64,000 nt of DNA from Eledone cirrhosa (Eukaryota), in contig OZ024740.1 in the NCBI GenBank assembly GCA_964016885.1, positions 289,106,001 through 289,170,000 on the forward strand, in the 5' to 3' direction. Shown in pieces: positions 39,638 through 53,294 of the stretch. The translations under genes were made by a program, and so were the position numbers. How positions within the stretch are numbered: position 1 is the stretch's first letter; every line of letters starts with the position of its first letter. The notes beneath the pieces are model-generated. The model was not told where the DNA came from, ran no database searches, and saw nothing but the letters and a program-made list of their open reading frames with translations.

Positions 39638-39642
<5 letters not shown>
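38012..39642 (+). mobile_element. Non-autonomous LTR element (TRIM/LARD-like)
   Basis: The 5' LTR TGTAGCGAA...TTCGTTACA (38012-38462) has TATATAA and is followed by PBS TGGTGACCCGACGTGAT (38464-38480). A purine tract GGGTAGGGAA precedes the internally deleted 3' LTR (39504-39642). No coding capacity was recognised. Confidence 0.85.
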
Positions 39643-39672
<30 letters not shown>

Positions 39673-39705
39673 GTGTGTGTGTGTGTAACATTTACTTCTA
39701 GGACC

Positions 39706-39745
<40 letters not shown>

Positions 39746-39887
39746 GGTCCTAGAAGTAAATGTTACACATCAAGAAGCCAGAGGTTTGGTTGACCACATC
39801 CTGTTCTGATGCTAACATTGAACGAGTCTATGACATACACTGCATTCCAAATAATTAATTACTCACTCTCGTATACATACATACATA

Positions 39888-40300
39888 CATGGTGGCTGCA
39901 AACTCGTGTTCGAGCATTACCATCGCCCGATAAAATGCTCAAAAATGTGAGGCACGAATGTGTCTCTTTAAACCAGCCAAAGACTTGCATCCTCTCGCAC
40001 ATACATGGCAACTGTAGGCTCCTCCGGGACTTTCTATTGCTTTGTTCTGACTGTGTGTTCTCATGTGTCTTTTAAGACCTCCCATGCTAGCACATTCCTT
40101 GCCACATTCCTTACACCTTTTCAGATCATAATATATATGAAGTTTACCGATATGACTTTGTTCGTGTCTAGTCAAACCAGCTTTACTCAGGCAAACTCGA
40201 CCACAATGCTGGCAAGCCAGATGATGTTGAACAGCAGGCAGCTCAGAACAGTCTTTTTTACTTACCTTCCTTTTCAATGTTAGGTGGTTCTCGTCGGAGA
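39888..40300 (-). mobile_element. LINE 3' fragment encoding three C2H2 zinc fingers (probably RTE-related)
   Basis: CQHC...H..SH, CKEC...HMRTH and CHVC...HIRASH*, then a short UTR and (ATGT)n. A homologous 3' end lies at 63953-64000. Confidence 0.65.
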
Positions 40301-40342
40301 CATACATACATACATACATGCATACGTATGTATTCATGTTTG

Positions 40343-40373
<31 letters not shown>

Positions 40374-40565
40374 CAGACTTGTCAACTCTCCCCGTAGGAC
40401 GGGGAGATCTCCCACCCACTTTGGGGTGGGTGAAAGATGTTTTCTGTGAAAATGGGTATAATTTTCATTACAGAAAATATCCCCATTTTGCCTCATTTCT
40501 CCACGTTTTGGGACACCTTTTTTCATGATACTCCCCTTTTTTGGCTTTTAGAGGTTGGCAGGTGT
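40374..40565. mobile_element. Candidate small MITE
   Basis: Imperfect terminal inverted repeats ACTTGTCAACTCTC / GAGGTTGGCAGGT with internal GC-rich hairpins. Confidence 0.35.
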
Positions 40566-40745
40566 ACAACTGGAGTTTATCCGTGCTAAATCAGCTTGGT
40601 GTATACATTACACGCAAGCGAAGTTCGACCAACTAAGTAGATATATGTATATCAAGGACAATATGACGATAGAAATAGCACCCATAAAACCTGTATATCA
40701 ACTCAAGAATTATGTTTTATTGGGATGTTCAGAACAGAACCTTCT

Positions 40746-40783
<38 letters not shown>

Positions 40784-40860
40784 TTATATATATTTATATA
40801 TTTATACATATATATATATATTAATATATATTTATATATATATACATATATATATATATT

Positions 40861-40893
<33 letters not shown>

Positions 40894-41058
40894 GTATATA
40901 TATTTATATATATATATGTATATATATTTATATATATATATGTATATATATTTATATATATATATGTATATATATTTATATATATATACATATATATATG
41001 TATATATATGCTTATATATATATATATATATATACATATATATATGTATATATATGCT

Positions 41059-41092
<34 letters not shown>

Positions 41093-41095
41093 TAT
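40746..41095. repeat. (CA)n/(TA)n compound microsatellite
   Basis: Direct inspection. Confidence 0.95.
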
Positions 41096-41693
41096 TCCTT
41101 GTTGAAAATCCAAGTACCGGCCTCCATGGTTTACCATTCGATTAATTGGTGAAATATATTTCTTTAATGGAATATATACAGGGAAGATTAATCATATTAT
41201 AAGGTATCTATTTTTGAAGTTCTGGTTAACTTTATTTAGTTACCTACCTAGCTATGTGTGCTTACACACTTGTAAAAATTATCTCCTGTGATTATTCATG
41301 TTTATTTATATGTTAATCAATTTCTAGTTATTATAAAATGCTCGGACCTACTCGTTAGAATCTTAGAGCTTATTTTGCGGGTGATATGGCGCATGTCTTT
41401 CTGGCATGACACCCATAATTTTGATTATCTTAATTTTGGATATAGATATATATATACATATATATATATACATATATATATATATATGTAATATTAAGGA
41501 TACTATTTATGGTTATGTATATACTAAAACTTTTTATAGTTATGTATATTTTAAACCCTAAACAGTGAAGGTCAGTAATTTATTACTACCTTATTACCAG
41601 TAAGATAAATAGCTCAATGTAATAACATCAGTTGTTCTACAGAGCAGTTATATAGAATTCACAAGAATCAAAGCTATGTTTAAAGCATTTATT

Positions 41694-41742
41694 CACTTAC
41701 AATTGTTTCATCCAAACCTAGGCTTGAAATCTTCGGAGCATT
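41694..41742 (-). ncRNA. Degenerate minimal type I hammerhead
   Basis: Minus strand reads TGCT-[CCGAAGA]-tTTCAAGC cta gGTTTGGAt-[GAAA]-CAATTG-[TA]-AGTG. The core carries a U4C change. Confidence 0.5.
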
Positions 41743-42187
41743 TTTCAATGTTTGTACACATAATTGACCTCCTTTCCAACGCAAGAGACATACAGATACA
41801 TATATATATACATTGATGTACAGTGAAGTGACATATATTATACTATATTATTTCTGTATAGCAATTCAAATTCAAAATCAAAATCAAAATTAAAATTAAA
41901 ACAAAATTAAAACAAAATTAAAATACAATCGGCAGTTAACACAGATAATGCAAGAGGATAGTTTGTTAATCAGATGTAGTAGTTAGTGTATGCGTTAGTT
42001 ACACGTGGGGCATGCAAGTGTGTCTCATTTATATATGATTATTGTGTGGCAGGGTATTACATGTAATACAAGCACTTTAAGCGGTTAAGTAAGAGTATTA
42101 TGGTGGTTGTAGTGGTAAGGTATTTTTTGTATATAATAAGTGAATAAGTGAATAAATGCTTTGAACATAGCTTTGATTCTTGTGTAT

Positions 42188-42635
42188 TCTATATATAAAA
42201 CTGAGGATGTCTGTCTGTGTGTGTGTGAGTTCGAATCCCTAAAACTCGAGAACCACCCAACCGACTGTTTTCAAACTTTACACATATAAGACTTATGTTT
42301 CAGGGAGTGTTCTGAGCAAAAAACATTTCAAATTTTCTATGCCTCAGGGACCACATTAGGCGATTTAGCGATCTTGCTCTATAATTCTTAGTCTTTCTCT
42401 TTTTAGATAGATACATACTTATAACGTTGCGCCCTTATAATATCTATCTGTATGTCTGACTGCCTGCATTACGTCACTTCCTTGAGGATGTCTGTGTGTG
42501 TGTGTGTGTGAGTTTGAATCCCTAAAACTCGAGAAGTACCCAACCGATTTTTTTTCAAATTTTACATGTGTTTTACATATGTTTCAGGGAGTGTTACGCA
42601 CATAAAATTCCACTTTTTGTATCTCCTAGGGCCCG
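42188..42635 (+). mobile_element. Candidate non-autonomous Helitron-type 5' end, partly duplicated
   Basis: TCTATATATAAAACTGAGGATGTCTGTCTG(TG)n...CCGAxTxTTTTCAAAxTTTACAC occurs at 42188 and again at ~42483. This architecture resembles Helitron-N/DINE elements. Confidence 0.45.
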
Positions 42636-42835
42636 NNNNNNNNNNNNNNNNNNNNNNNNNNNNNNNNNNNNNNNNNNNNNNNNNNNNNNNNNNNNNNNNN
42701 NNNNNNNNNNNNNNNNNNNNNNNNNNNNNNNNNNNNNNNNNNNNNNNNNNNNNNNNNNNNNNNNNNNNNNNNNNNNNNNNNNNNNNNNNNNNNNNNNNNN
42801 NNNNNNNNNNNNNNNNNNNNNNNNNNNNNNNNNNN
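42636..42835. other. Assembly gap (200 N)
   Basis: Run of N. Adjacency across it is a scaffolding join. Confidence 1.
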
Positions 42836-42923
42836 GTGTGTTTGTGTATGTGTGTATGTGCATGGGTGTGTCTGTGTGTTTTGTTTTGATGTTATCCGGC
42901 AATTGGCGAAATCAGGTGTGAAA

Positions 42924-43029
<106 letters not shown>

Positions 43030-43436
43030 TATGCGAGCGACGACAGAAAAAGTGTGTGGGATACATACATTATTATATTTGTCTGTATTTTCGATCTGCA
43101 ACCATTATATTATGATATTTGTATCCAAATGATTTTAGATGTATGTATTACCTGCTTGCCCGTCCTTCTGTTTCTCTTTCCCCGTCTCTCTCCTCTCGGC
43201 TCTCTCTCTCTCTTTAGATGTGTGTGTGTAGTTTTCCTAATCTGTCTCTTTCACTCTCTGTCTCTCTAAGAGGGTTGCCTTTTGATGTATGCATTACCTG
43301 CTTGTGTGTTGACCGAATTTGAAGGAGGTTATCCTTTTGAAATAAACATACATACGACGCTCATCTCTATGTTGATATATGATATAAATAATGGGATTGA
43401 TGAGTTAATATCTGTATACAACAACTACAACGGTAC

Positions 43437-43710
43437 GCGATGGGGCCCACCCACAGCCCCGGCGGACAGAATGGAGAAGGCGTTTCCCCGGAGGATGGCA
43501 AGGGAGACGCGCTGGAAAAGCCACCCCAACTCGCAGGGCTCACACCTGCGGCTGGCCAGCTCAGCGCTTATGGTGGTGAGTAAGGAGGTAGACTGGGGCC
43601 GAAGACACCAGAAGTCTCCACTGCCAAGGGTACGACCGCAAACCTGTCGGAGAGCGACCGGTATTTGAGGAGTTTGGCCCCCTCAGCCCGACGTGCAGCA
43701 GAACCTGGGT
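43437..43710 (-). mobile_element. Second CRE-like fragment
   Basis: Aligns by eye to 26240-26515 (CACAGCCCCGGCGGACAGAATGGAGAAGGCG...CAGCAGAACCTGGGT). Confidence 0.8.
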
Positions 43711-43737
43711 ATATATTGATATATTGAAGGTAGGGAC

Positions 43738-43815
43738 GGAAAGTGAAAGAGTGTTGTCATATAGAGAGTGAAGAGAGACAGAGTGTAAAGCAGTTAAATT
43801 ATAGAGAGGGTGAAA

Positions 43816-43860
<45 letters not shown>

Positions 43861-44106
43861 GCGCTCAGCTTTTTAATGTTAGAGAGTGAAGAGCGACAGA
43901 GAGAGTAAAGCAGTTAAATTATAGAGAGGGGGAATGATCTATTATAGAGAGAGGGAAGAGCGACGGAGAGAGTAAAGCTAAGAAACTAGAGGGAGGTGTG
44001 TAGGATACATACGTGTTGATCGAATTTACATACGACACTCATATCTACGGAAAGTAAAAGAGTGTTGTCATATAGAGAGTGAAGAGAGACAGAGAGTAAA
44101 GCAGTT

Positions 44107-44166
<60 letters not shown>

Positions 44167-44643
44167 CGATACTCAGCTTTATAATATTTGAGAGTGAAGA
44201 GCGACAGAAAGAGTAAAGCAGTTAAATTATAGAGAGAGGGAATGATCTATTATAGAGAGAGGCAAGAACGACGGAGAGAGTAAAACTAAGAAACTATAGG
44301 GAGGTGTGTAGGATACATACGTGTTGACCAAATTTACATACGACGCTCATCTCTACGGAAAGTAAAAGAGTGTTGTCATATAGAGAGTGAAGAGAGACAG
44401 AGAGTAAAGCAGTTAAATTATAGAGATGGTGAAAGAGAGAGAGAGAGAGAGAGAGAGAGACGATGCTCAGCTTTTTAATATTAGAGAGTGAAGAGCGACA
44501 GAGAGAGTAAAGCAGTTAAATTATAGAGAGAGGGAATGATCTATTATAGAGAGAGGCAAGAGCGACGGAGAGAGTAAAGCTAAGAAACTATAGGGAGGTG
44601 TGTAGGATACATACATAATACATACATACGACACTCAGCTTTA

Positions 44644-44645
<2 letters not shown>
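43738..44645. repeat. ~308-bp tandem repeat x3 containing (GA)n
   Basis: GGAAAGTxAAAGAGTGTTGTCATATAGAGAGTG recurs at ~43738, 44049 and 44357. Confidence 0.9.
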
Positions 44646-44707
<62 letters not shown>

Positions 44708-44974
44708 TGAATAGCATGTAAACCAGATTTTATCTTGGTACGTGTCCGTACTCTCGGGGTTCGAATAATGCCCCTCACCCCACTTATCAATTTTTTAGAT
44801 TTTTTTCCACCGACCCCAGCTCGTACTGCTCCCCCCCCCATCGTTTATTAAAATTTGCTAATCCATCTCAGGCGAAATTTTATTTTAAGTGGTAACATTC
44901 CTGTTGCAATTAATTTTCTTTACACATTAAAAAGCATTTTACATGACAAAAAATGTAGAAATCCCATACGTTAT

Positions 44975-45165
44975 AATTGTTTCTACGTTAGGCACAAGGC
45001 CAGCAATTATCCAGTGCATTACTGGTACTTTATTTTATCGACCCCGTAAGGATGAAAGGCAAAGTTAACCTCGGCGGGATTTGAACTCAGAATGGCAAGG
45101 GCCGTAACTCTATACGTCAAAGCATGGCGTCCGACCCTCTCCCAATACTGCCAATCTACCGCCCA
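44975..45165 (-). mobile_element. SINE family A (short variant)
   Basis: Reverse complement of the family A unit. Confidence 0.85.
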
Positions 45166-45887
45166 TACGTTATAATATAAATAAGAAAGGTTAGGGTCTT
45201 AATATGTAAACTAAACGACTAATTCAACGTAGAAAACCTAAAAAATAGAGGAGCAATAAAAAATGTGAAAAGCATATGGTGGGAATGGAGGTACAAACTC
45301 CACGTCCTTGGTGAGCAGATGTACGTAAAAGGAATACCGGACACCAGATGGCCCCACCAGATCCTGTATTCTGAACTTACAGAAAGTCGTTTCTCAAGAC
45401 AGAAACCTAAATAAACATATTAGTGATTCCATCTTCCTATTCAACCTCAAGTTTCATAACTGAGAAAATGTAGTTGAAGGCCATCAGAACTGAAGGTAAG
45501 CTTGCAGAGAAGGAGTTGTTGCTGCAGATTATCTTCGAAACCAACAAGCTGAAGAAAAAAAAATGGATCAGATTAATGAAAAGGGCTTAACAACGATGTG
45601 TGAGACTAGCACCATCCATCATCTTGGCTGCTTCAGTATTGATTTTGTGCCCAAAGACTCATCTGAAATATCGGAAGGTAAAACCATAAAACACATGGGG
45701 GGAAAAAATAAGAATATCGATTAAGTAACCTTGGAAACATCCTCGACAACGAGGAAACATATATATATATATATCGAGAGAGGGGGAGGGGGTGAATGGC
45801 AACAGAGGCAGAGAGGGTGGGGAATGAAACACACATACACACCTACGCACATGTATACATATACATACACACAAGCACACAAGCACA

Positions 45888-45963
<76 letters not shown>

Positions 45964-46363
45964 CACACACATATATATATACACATATGTATATATATAT
46001 ATGTCTGTATATATAATAATAATTAACGAAGGTCGTTGATACTATGTCAACGGTCCCCGGCCAACGTCTAGCTCACTCAAAGAATCTGTCAAATTGCAGT
46101 AATACAACTGCAACAACTGCAACTAGCTGTTCAGAGTGTACACCTTTTAGTTAATAGCAGGTACGGTAGTTGTGTTTTGGTAGAGATAAAAGTCAAAATC
46201 TCGACTCCTGGACGATATCGTTTCTGTGCAACATAACTTCACAAATGAGGATATCAAATCTGCAGTGTTTAGAAAGCTACGTATTATCAGCAGATAGTTA
46301 CGTTACCGGGCAGACGACTCATGTTAATACATCGGTCTATTCATTGTGTGTATGTGTGTGTGC

Positions 46364-47345
<982 letters not shown>

Positions 47346-47347
<2 letters not shown>

Positions 47348-48878
47348 TCCGAAGTTGGCCTTGCAAGTAAAAAAATCTTAAGAAAAATAATTCTCCAAAT
47401 TAGAACTAACACTGACCTATCACAGTGGCTAAATACTTCCTCTGTTATTTCTTGGTTTAATAATATACAAGGTAAAAATAAGTGTAGATTTACCCAATTT
47501 GATATTGTTGATTTTTACCCCTCTATTACTGTTTCTTTATTAACTAATACCTTAGATTTTGCAAGACCCTTCATTAATATTTCTAAATTAGAAGAAGACA
47601 TTATCTTTCATGCTAGAAAAACTTTACTCTTTACTAATGAAAATATTTGGGTTAAAAAGTCAAACCCTGAAAACTCTTTTGATGTTGCAATGGGTTCATA
47701 TGACAGTGCGGATGTGTGTGACTTAGTAGGATTATTCCTTCTCCACACCCTCAAAGAGAAATTTCCTTCCCATAATATCGGTTTATACCGTGATGACGGA
47801 TTGGCAGTTTCTCATACCACCAACGGCCATAACCTTGATAAATTCCGTAAAGATTTAATCAATACTTTTGCTAATCTTAACCTTAAAATCACTATAGATA
47901 CGAACCTTACCAATGCTAACTTTCTTGATATTAATCTTGATCTACTTACCGCCTCTTTTAAACCCTATGATAAACCTAATGAAAATCTTAGGTATATACA
48001 CAAAGAGTCTTGCCATCCCCCTATAGTTTTTAATAATCTTATTCCTAACATTAGCCGTAGGATTTCTACCTTATCTTCGTCTATAGACATTTTTAATAAA
48101 GCCGCCCCTTATTATAATAAAGCCCTTAAGAACAGCGGTTTTACAGAAAATTTTATTTATTTATCTACCCCCCCCCCCCCCCCCCTAAAACTAACCACAA
48201 TAATAGGAAAAGGAAAATTATTTGGTTCACACCCACTTCTCTCTAACTGTCAAAACTAATGTAGGAAGGAAATTCCTTGAACTCTTAGACAAACATTTTC
48301 CTCCTAATCATAGATATTATAAGATATTTAATAGGAACGTAGTTAAGATCAGTTACTCTTGTTGCCCATCTATGAAGTCCAAGATCACTAGTTCAAATCA
48401 TACGAGAACAAATCCAGGATGCAGTTGCAGGAAGCCGGATGAATTCCCATTGCAGGGTAAATGTAACACCAAATCTGTTGTTTATGAGGCTAAAATAACA
48501 CCGGTAATCAACAACCAGCCAGCCAGGAATGAGCGATATGTCGGTATGACCCAGGACAGGTTTAAAACCAGATTTTACTCACATGTCGCTTCTTTTAAGC
48601 ACTCCGATAAACGAACATCAACGGCCCTCGCAAGTAAGGTGTGGGAATTCAAGGATAGTAACATCCCGTACTCTATCGATTGGTCTATCTTAGACCATTC
48701 GAGGGAGTACCAAAGGGGCACAAAGAATTGTTCTTTGTGTACCACAAAAAAATATAGGATTTTGCTAAACTTGAGAGCCACTTCTGCTTGCCTAAACTCA
48801 AAGACTGAGATCTTCAGATGTTGTCCACATCTGATCTGTAACTGGATTGACACTCCTATGATAAATCAACTGCCTTGA
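47346..48878 (+). mobile_element. Penelope-like retroelement (RT + GIY-YIG endonuclease), 5'-truncated and frameshifted; motifs suggest the Naiad clade
   Basis: FDIVDFYPSI, AMGSYDSADVCDLVG, YRDDG and FLDINL. After frameshifts near the poly-C at ~48170: CSCR...PLQGKC, VVYEA...YVGMT...FKTRF...H, CSLC..KK and LNSKTE...CPH. Confidence 0.9.
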
Positions 48879-49124
48879 ACTCCTTCTCTGCTCTTTACTT
48901 ATACTACGGTTTTTTTTTATTTACTGAATCCACGTTCTCTACTCTTGTATACTTTTTCTCCCTTATCTCCCCTTATATTTCACCTTTTCCTATGTATCCC
49001 CCCCCCATATATTCTTTTTGCCTTACCCTTCACATACCAAAATGTATGTGTATGTATGTGTATGTGTATATGTGTATTTATATATATGTGTGTATATATA
49101 TGTATATGTAGATAGACCAGGTTT

Positions 49125-49187
49125 TTTTCATTCTGAGGATTGAAGGCAAAATGTTTTGCTTTTAAGAAACCACTGGTGAATGGAATA
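49125..49187 (+). ncRNA. Type I hammerhead, copy 1 (cleavage triplet GUG, probably inactive)
   Basis: CTGAGGA at 49133-49139, GAAA at 49166-49169 and GTG at 49176-49178. Confidence 0.75.
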
Positions 49188-49431
49188 ATTGCCTTATGTT
49201 GTTTATTACATTACTACTATATATATGTATATATAAGGTTCATATGAATTATCTAAGATTGAGTTTTACACACACACATATATATATGTGTATATATATG
49301 TATGTGTGTGTGTGTGTTTGTATTTGGTTGTGCGTGTTTGTGATATGTACGTATTTGTATGTGTATAATTGTATAGCTATGTATGTATGTATATATATAT
49401 ATATATGTGTGTGTCTATGTGTGTGTGTATT

Positions 49432-49462
<31 letters not shown>

Positions 49463-50096
49463 ATATGTGTGTGTATATATGTATATGTGTGTGTGTGCGT
49501 GTTTGTGTATGTATTTGTGTATGTGTATGTATGTGTTTATGAATTTGTATATGTATATTTATGTGTGAGAGTGTGTGTATGTATTTACTTTTTCGTACGT
49601 ATGTGTACGTGCATTTGTGTGTATTGCTTACCACACGAGTCTGTTCATCTACTCGTCGCATGTATCGCTGTCAACTGTATAATTATTTTATTTTTTATAT
49701 ATTTTTTCTTATATATTTGCGTGTGTGAATATGTAGAGGTGTGTATATTTTTCTAATTTTGTACATGCATCTGTACGCATTTTTGTATGTGTATGTATGT
49801 ACGTGTGTATATAGGTATGATTGTGTGTATGTATGTATGTATATGTATGTGTGTATGGCTATGTATGTGTATGTGTATGCATGTATGTATATATATATAT
49901 GTATATATATATATATACTTATATTTCTATATATATATGTGTGTATATATGTGTGTGTGGTTGTATATATGTATGTGTATGTATGGATGTGTTGATATTT
50001 ATGTGCGTATGTATGTATGTGTATATGTATGCGTATGTGTGTATTTATATACACATATATATGTGTATATGTGTGTGTGTATGTATGAGTGTATGT

Positions 50097-50232
<136 letters not shown>

Positions 50233-50373
50233 ATGCTTTTGTGTGTGTGTGTGTGTGTGTTTGCATGTGTGGTTTTATTTTATTTTTCCTTTCCTTCTTC
50301 TTTCTCCAGCCTCACTTTCATATAGATTGCATTTTTGTTTTTAAAATCCAAATTCAATAAACAGACCAGGATT

Positions 50374-50435
50374 TTTTCATTCTGAGGATTGAAAGCAAAA
50401 TTTTTTGCTTTTAAGAAACCACTGGTAAATGGAAT
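50374..50435 (+). ncRNA. Type I hammerhead, copy 2
   Basis: CTGAGGA at 50382-50388, a 10-bp helix II, GAAA at 50415-50418 and GTA at 50425-50427. Helix I is TTTCATT/AATGGAA. Confidence 0.85.
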
Positions 50436-50560
50436 AATTGTCTTATGTTGTTTATTACATAACTATTAAGGTCTGTTACCTATGTATGTATATATGTATG
50501 TGTATGTGTGTATTTATATACACATATATATGTGTATATATGTGTGTGTATGTATGAGTG

Positions 50561-50615
<55 letters not shown>

Positions 50616-50776
50616 ATGTATGCTTTTGTGTGTGTGTGTGTGTTTGTGTGTTTGTGTGTGTGTTTGCATGTGTGGTTTTATTTTATTTTCCCTTTCCTTC
50701 TTCTTTCTCCAGCCTCACTTTCATATAGATTGCATTTTTGTTTTTAAAATCCAAATTCAATAAACAGACCAGGATT

Positions 50777-50838
50777 TTTTCATTCTGAGGATTGAAAGCA
50801 AAATTTTTTGCTTTTAAGAAACCACTGGTAAATGGAAT
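50777..50838 (+). ncRNA. Type I hammerhead, copy 3
   Basis: CTGAGGA at 50785-50791 and GTA at 50828-50830. Identical to copy 2. Confidence 0.85.
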
Positions 50839-51133
50839 AATTGTCTTATGTTGTTTATTACATAACTATTAAGGTCTGTTACCTATGTATGTATATATGT
50901 ATGTGTATGTGTGTATTTATATACACATATATATGTGTATATATGTGTGTGTATGTATGAGTGTATGTATGTATATATATATATATATTTGTGTGTGTGT
51001 TTGTGTGTTTGTGTGTGTGTTTGCATGTGTGGTTTTATTTTATTTTCCCTTTCCTTCTTCTTTCTCCAGCCTCACTTTCATATAGATTGCATTTTTGTTT
51101 TTAAAATCCAAATTCAATAAACAGACCAGGATT

Positions 51134-51195
51134 TTTTCATTCTGAGGATTGAAAGCAAAATTTTTTGCTTTTAAGAAACCACTGGTAAATGGAAT
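51134..51195 (+). ncRNA. Type I hammerhead, copy 4
   Basis: CTGAGGA at 51142-51148 and GTA at 51185-51187. Identical to copy 2. Confidence 0.85.
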
Positions 51196-51218
51196 AATTG
51201 CCTTATGTTGTTTATTAC

Positions 51219-51257
<39 letters not shown>

Positions 51258-51435
51258 TGAAGTAATTCCGTCGAAAGGGTCCAGGAAAAAATATGTGAGT
51301 GTGTGTGTATGTGTGTGTTGTTATATATTCTTATTTATTATTATCCCCCCCCCCCCCTTTTTTTCCTCCACCCTCACTCTCATATCTGTTATATTTTTGT
51401 TTTTCAAATCCACTGTCAATAAAGACACCAGGGTT

Positions 51436-51497
51436 TTTTCATTCTGATGGATGAAAGCAATTTTGGTTGCTTTCAAGAAACCACTGGTAAATGAAAT
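51436..51497 (+). ncRNA. Diverged hammerhead, copy 5
   Basis: CTGATGGA-TGAAAGCAA ttttgg TTGCTTTCA-A-GAAA CCACTGG TA AATGAAA. The helices are retained with pairing-preserving changes, but the core is irregular. Confidence 0.65.
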
Positions 51498-51537
51498 AAT
51501 TATCTTATGTTGGTTATTACATAACTATATATATATA

Positions 51538-51680
51538 TAATTGTTTCTACTTTAGGCACAAGGCAAGCAATTACGCAGTTCATTACTGGTACTTTATTTT
51601 ATCGACCCCGTAAGGATGAAAGGCAAAGTCAACCTCGGCGGGATTTGAACTCAGATCGTAAAGGGACGTAACTATGCTGG
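51538..51680 (-). mobile_element. SINE family A lacking its head
   Basis: Matches the family A body and stops at ...GTAACTATGCTG. Confidence 0.8.
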
Positions 51681-52183
51681 ACAGTGATTTGCCGACGATC
51701 ATAGATATTTCATTGCATTAAAAATCATATACCTCACGTCGGTGCAATAATAACTAAATTAAGTTATTAGGACAATTAAAACGCGTAAAGCGAGTGAAAC
51801 AAGATAACAACAAAGAGGATAGCTAACCGTAGAAGGAAGGGAACAAGCTTCATAGTTATTCTGTTAGCATAATCTAGGTGAATATATGAGCGCTTAGAAA
51901 AAAGACCTTTCAGGAGCGAATTCAAATGTGAGAAAGAGAGAAAATGATTTCGTCGCGAACGGGGTGAAGTGAGAAGAGGAGAAACAGTGAGTGAGTGAGT
52001 GGAAGTGTGAGGAAGAGTTAACTGACATGACAGAGGGGGCGAAAGAAAGTAGGAGAAACAGAGAGAGCGAGGGAGCAGTAAGAGAGAGAGAGAGAAAAAA
52101 ACAGAATCGCAGTATAGGTAAATATATGTGAAAAAATGGGGAGAAGAATACGTAAGGAACGTAGAGTGTACGATCTTTATTAC

Positions 52184-52344
<161 letters not shown>

Positions 52345-52377
52345 CGGTGGATTGGCAGTATCAGTAGAGGGTCGGAC

Positions 52378-52411
<34 letters not shown>

Positions 52412-52897
52412 GTAATAAAGATCGTACACTCTACGTTCCTTACGTATAGCGTACTAAGTTGACCAATGTTCTTATCTGTCTTAATTAGTAACATCTCATC
52501 CATATATAAGTTTAATAAGTTGAGAGATCAACTTTGTTGAAATTTGTCAAGAACCTGTGAAGCTCAATGTGTTTGTACTATCTGAAAATATAAAGAAAAA
52601 ATTCATCCAATGTGTAATCCAGAGGATAGGAAATCCACAAATTGTACGAATGTATTATCACAGAGCATGAATAATACCATGGAGATGGTTAAATATTTTT
52701 TCAGCAATTTAGTAAGTTACCAGTGTAAGAAATTAAATCCATATACGAGTAAAAACTAAAATAATATAAATGAAAATAACCCTTCATACATTAATCTACA
52801 AGAGGTTTTGATACTCTGAAACATCAAAATGTATAAGACTACTTCAAATTTAGGAGAGAAATATCTCCAATGTAGGGGATGTGTTGATATTACGGTG

Positions 52898-52933
<36 letters not shown>

Positions 52934-52978
52934 GAAAGGTATAGAAATTGTTGTAGCGAGAAGCTAACAGTATTCCAT

Positions 52979-53042
<64 letters not shown>

Positions 53043-53049
53043 GTCTTAA

Positions 53050-53294
53050 GCCAGAAGGTTCATTTGGCCGGTGCTTATCCCGGTTTCATGGGGTGAAGCG
53101 ACTGAGAGTACAAGACTACCCCCCCTCCCCTGGACAGGACGCCAGTCCATTACATGGTTAAAACCCCAGCTGTTGCTGGTACTCATTTTCAGCTGAGTGT
53201 ACTGGAGCAACGTGAAATGAAGTGTTTTGCTCAAGGACACAACACGCATTATGATCGTAAGTCCAACACCCTTACCACTAGGCCACGTGCCTCC

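Noticed and set aside
39939-40526. Host C2H2 zinc-finger gene
   Set aside because: The ORF's N-terminus is microsatellite and MITE sequence, there are no TGEKP linkers, and it has a LINE-type tail with a second copy at the window end.
44745-44970. Possible DNA-transposon terminus
   Set aside because: No matching second terminus or TSD was found.
45630-45680. Possible minus-strand hammerhead (CAGATGAGTC...CAAAATC)
   Set aside because: Both core boxes are mismatched and the helices are not convincing.
48222-49120. Selenocysteine recoding, as reported for some Naiad elements
   Set aside because: No in-frame TGA at conserved Cys positions, and no SECIS recognisable by eye.
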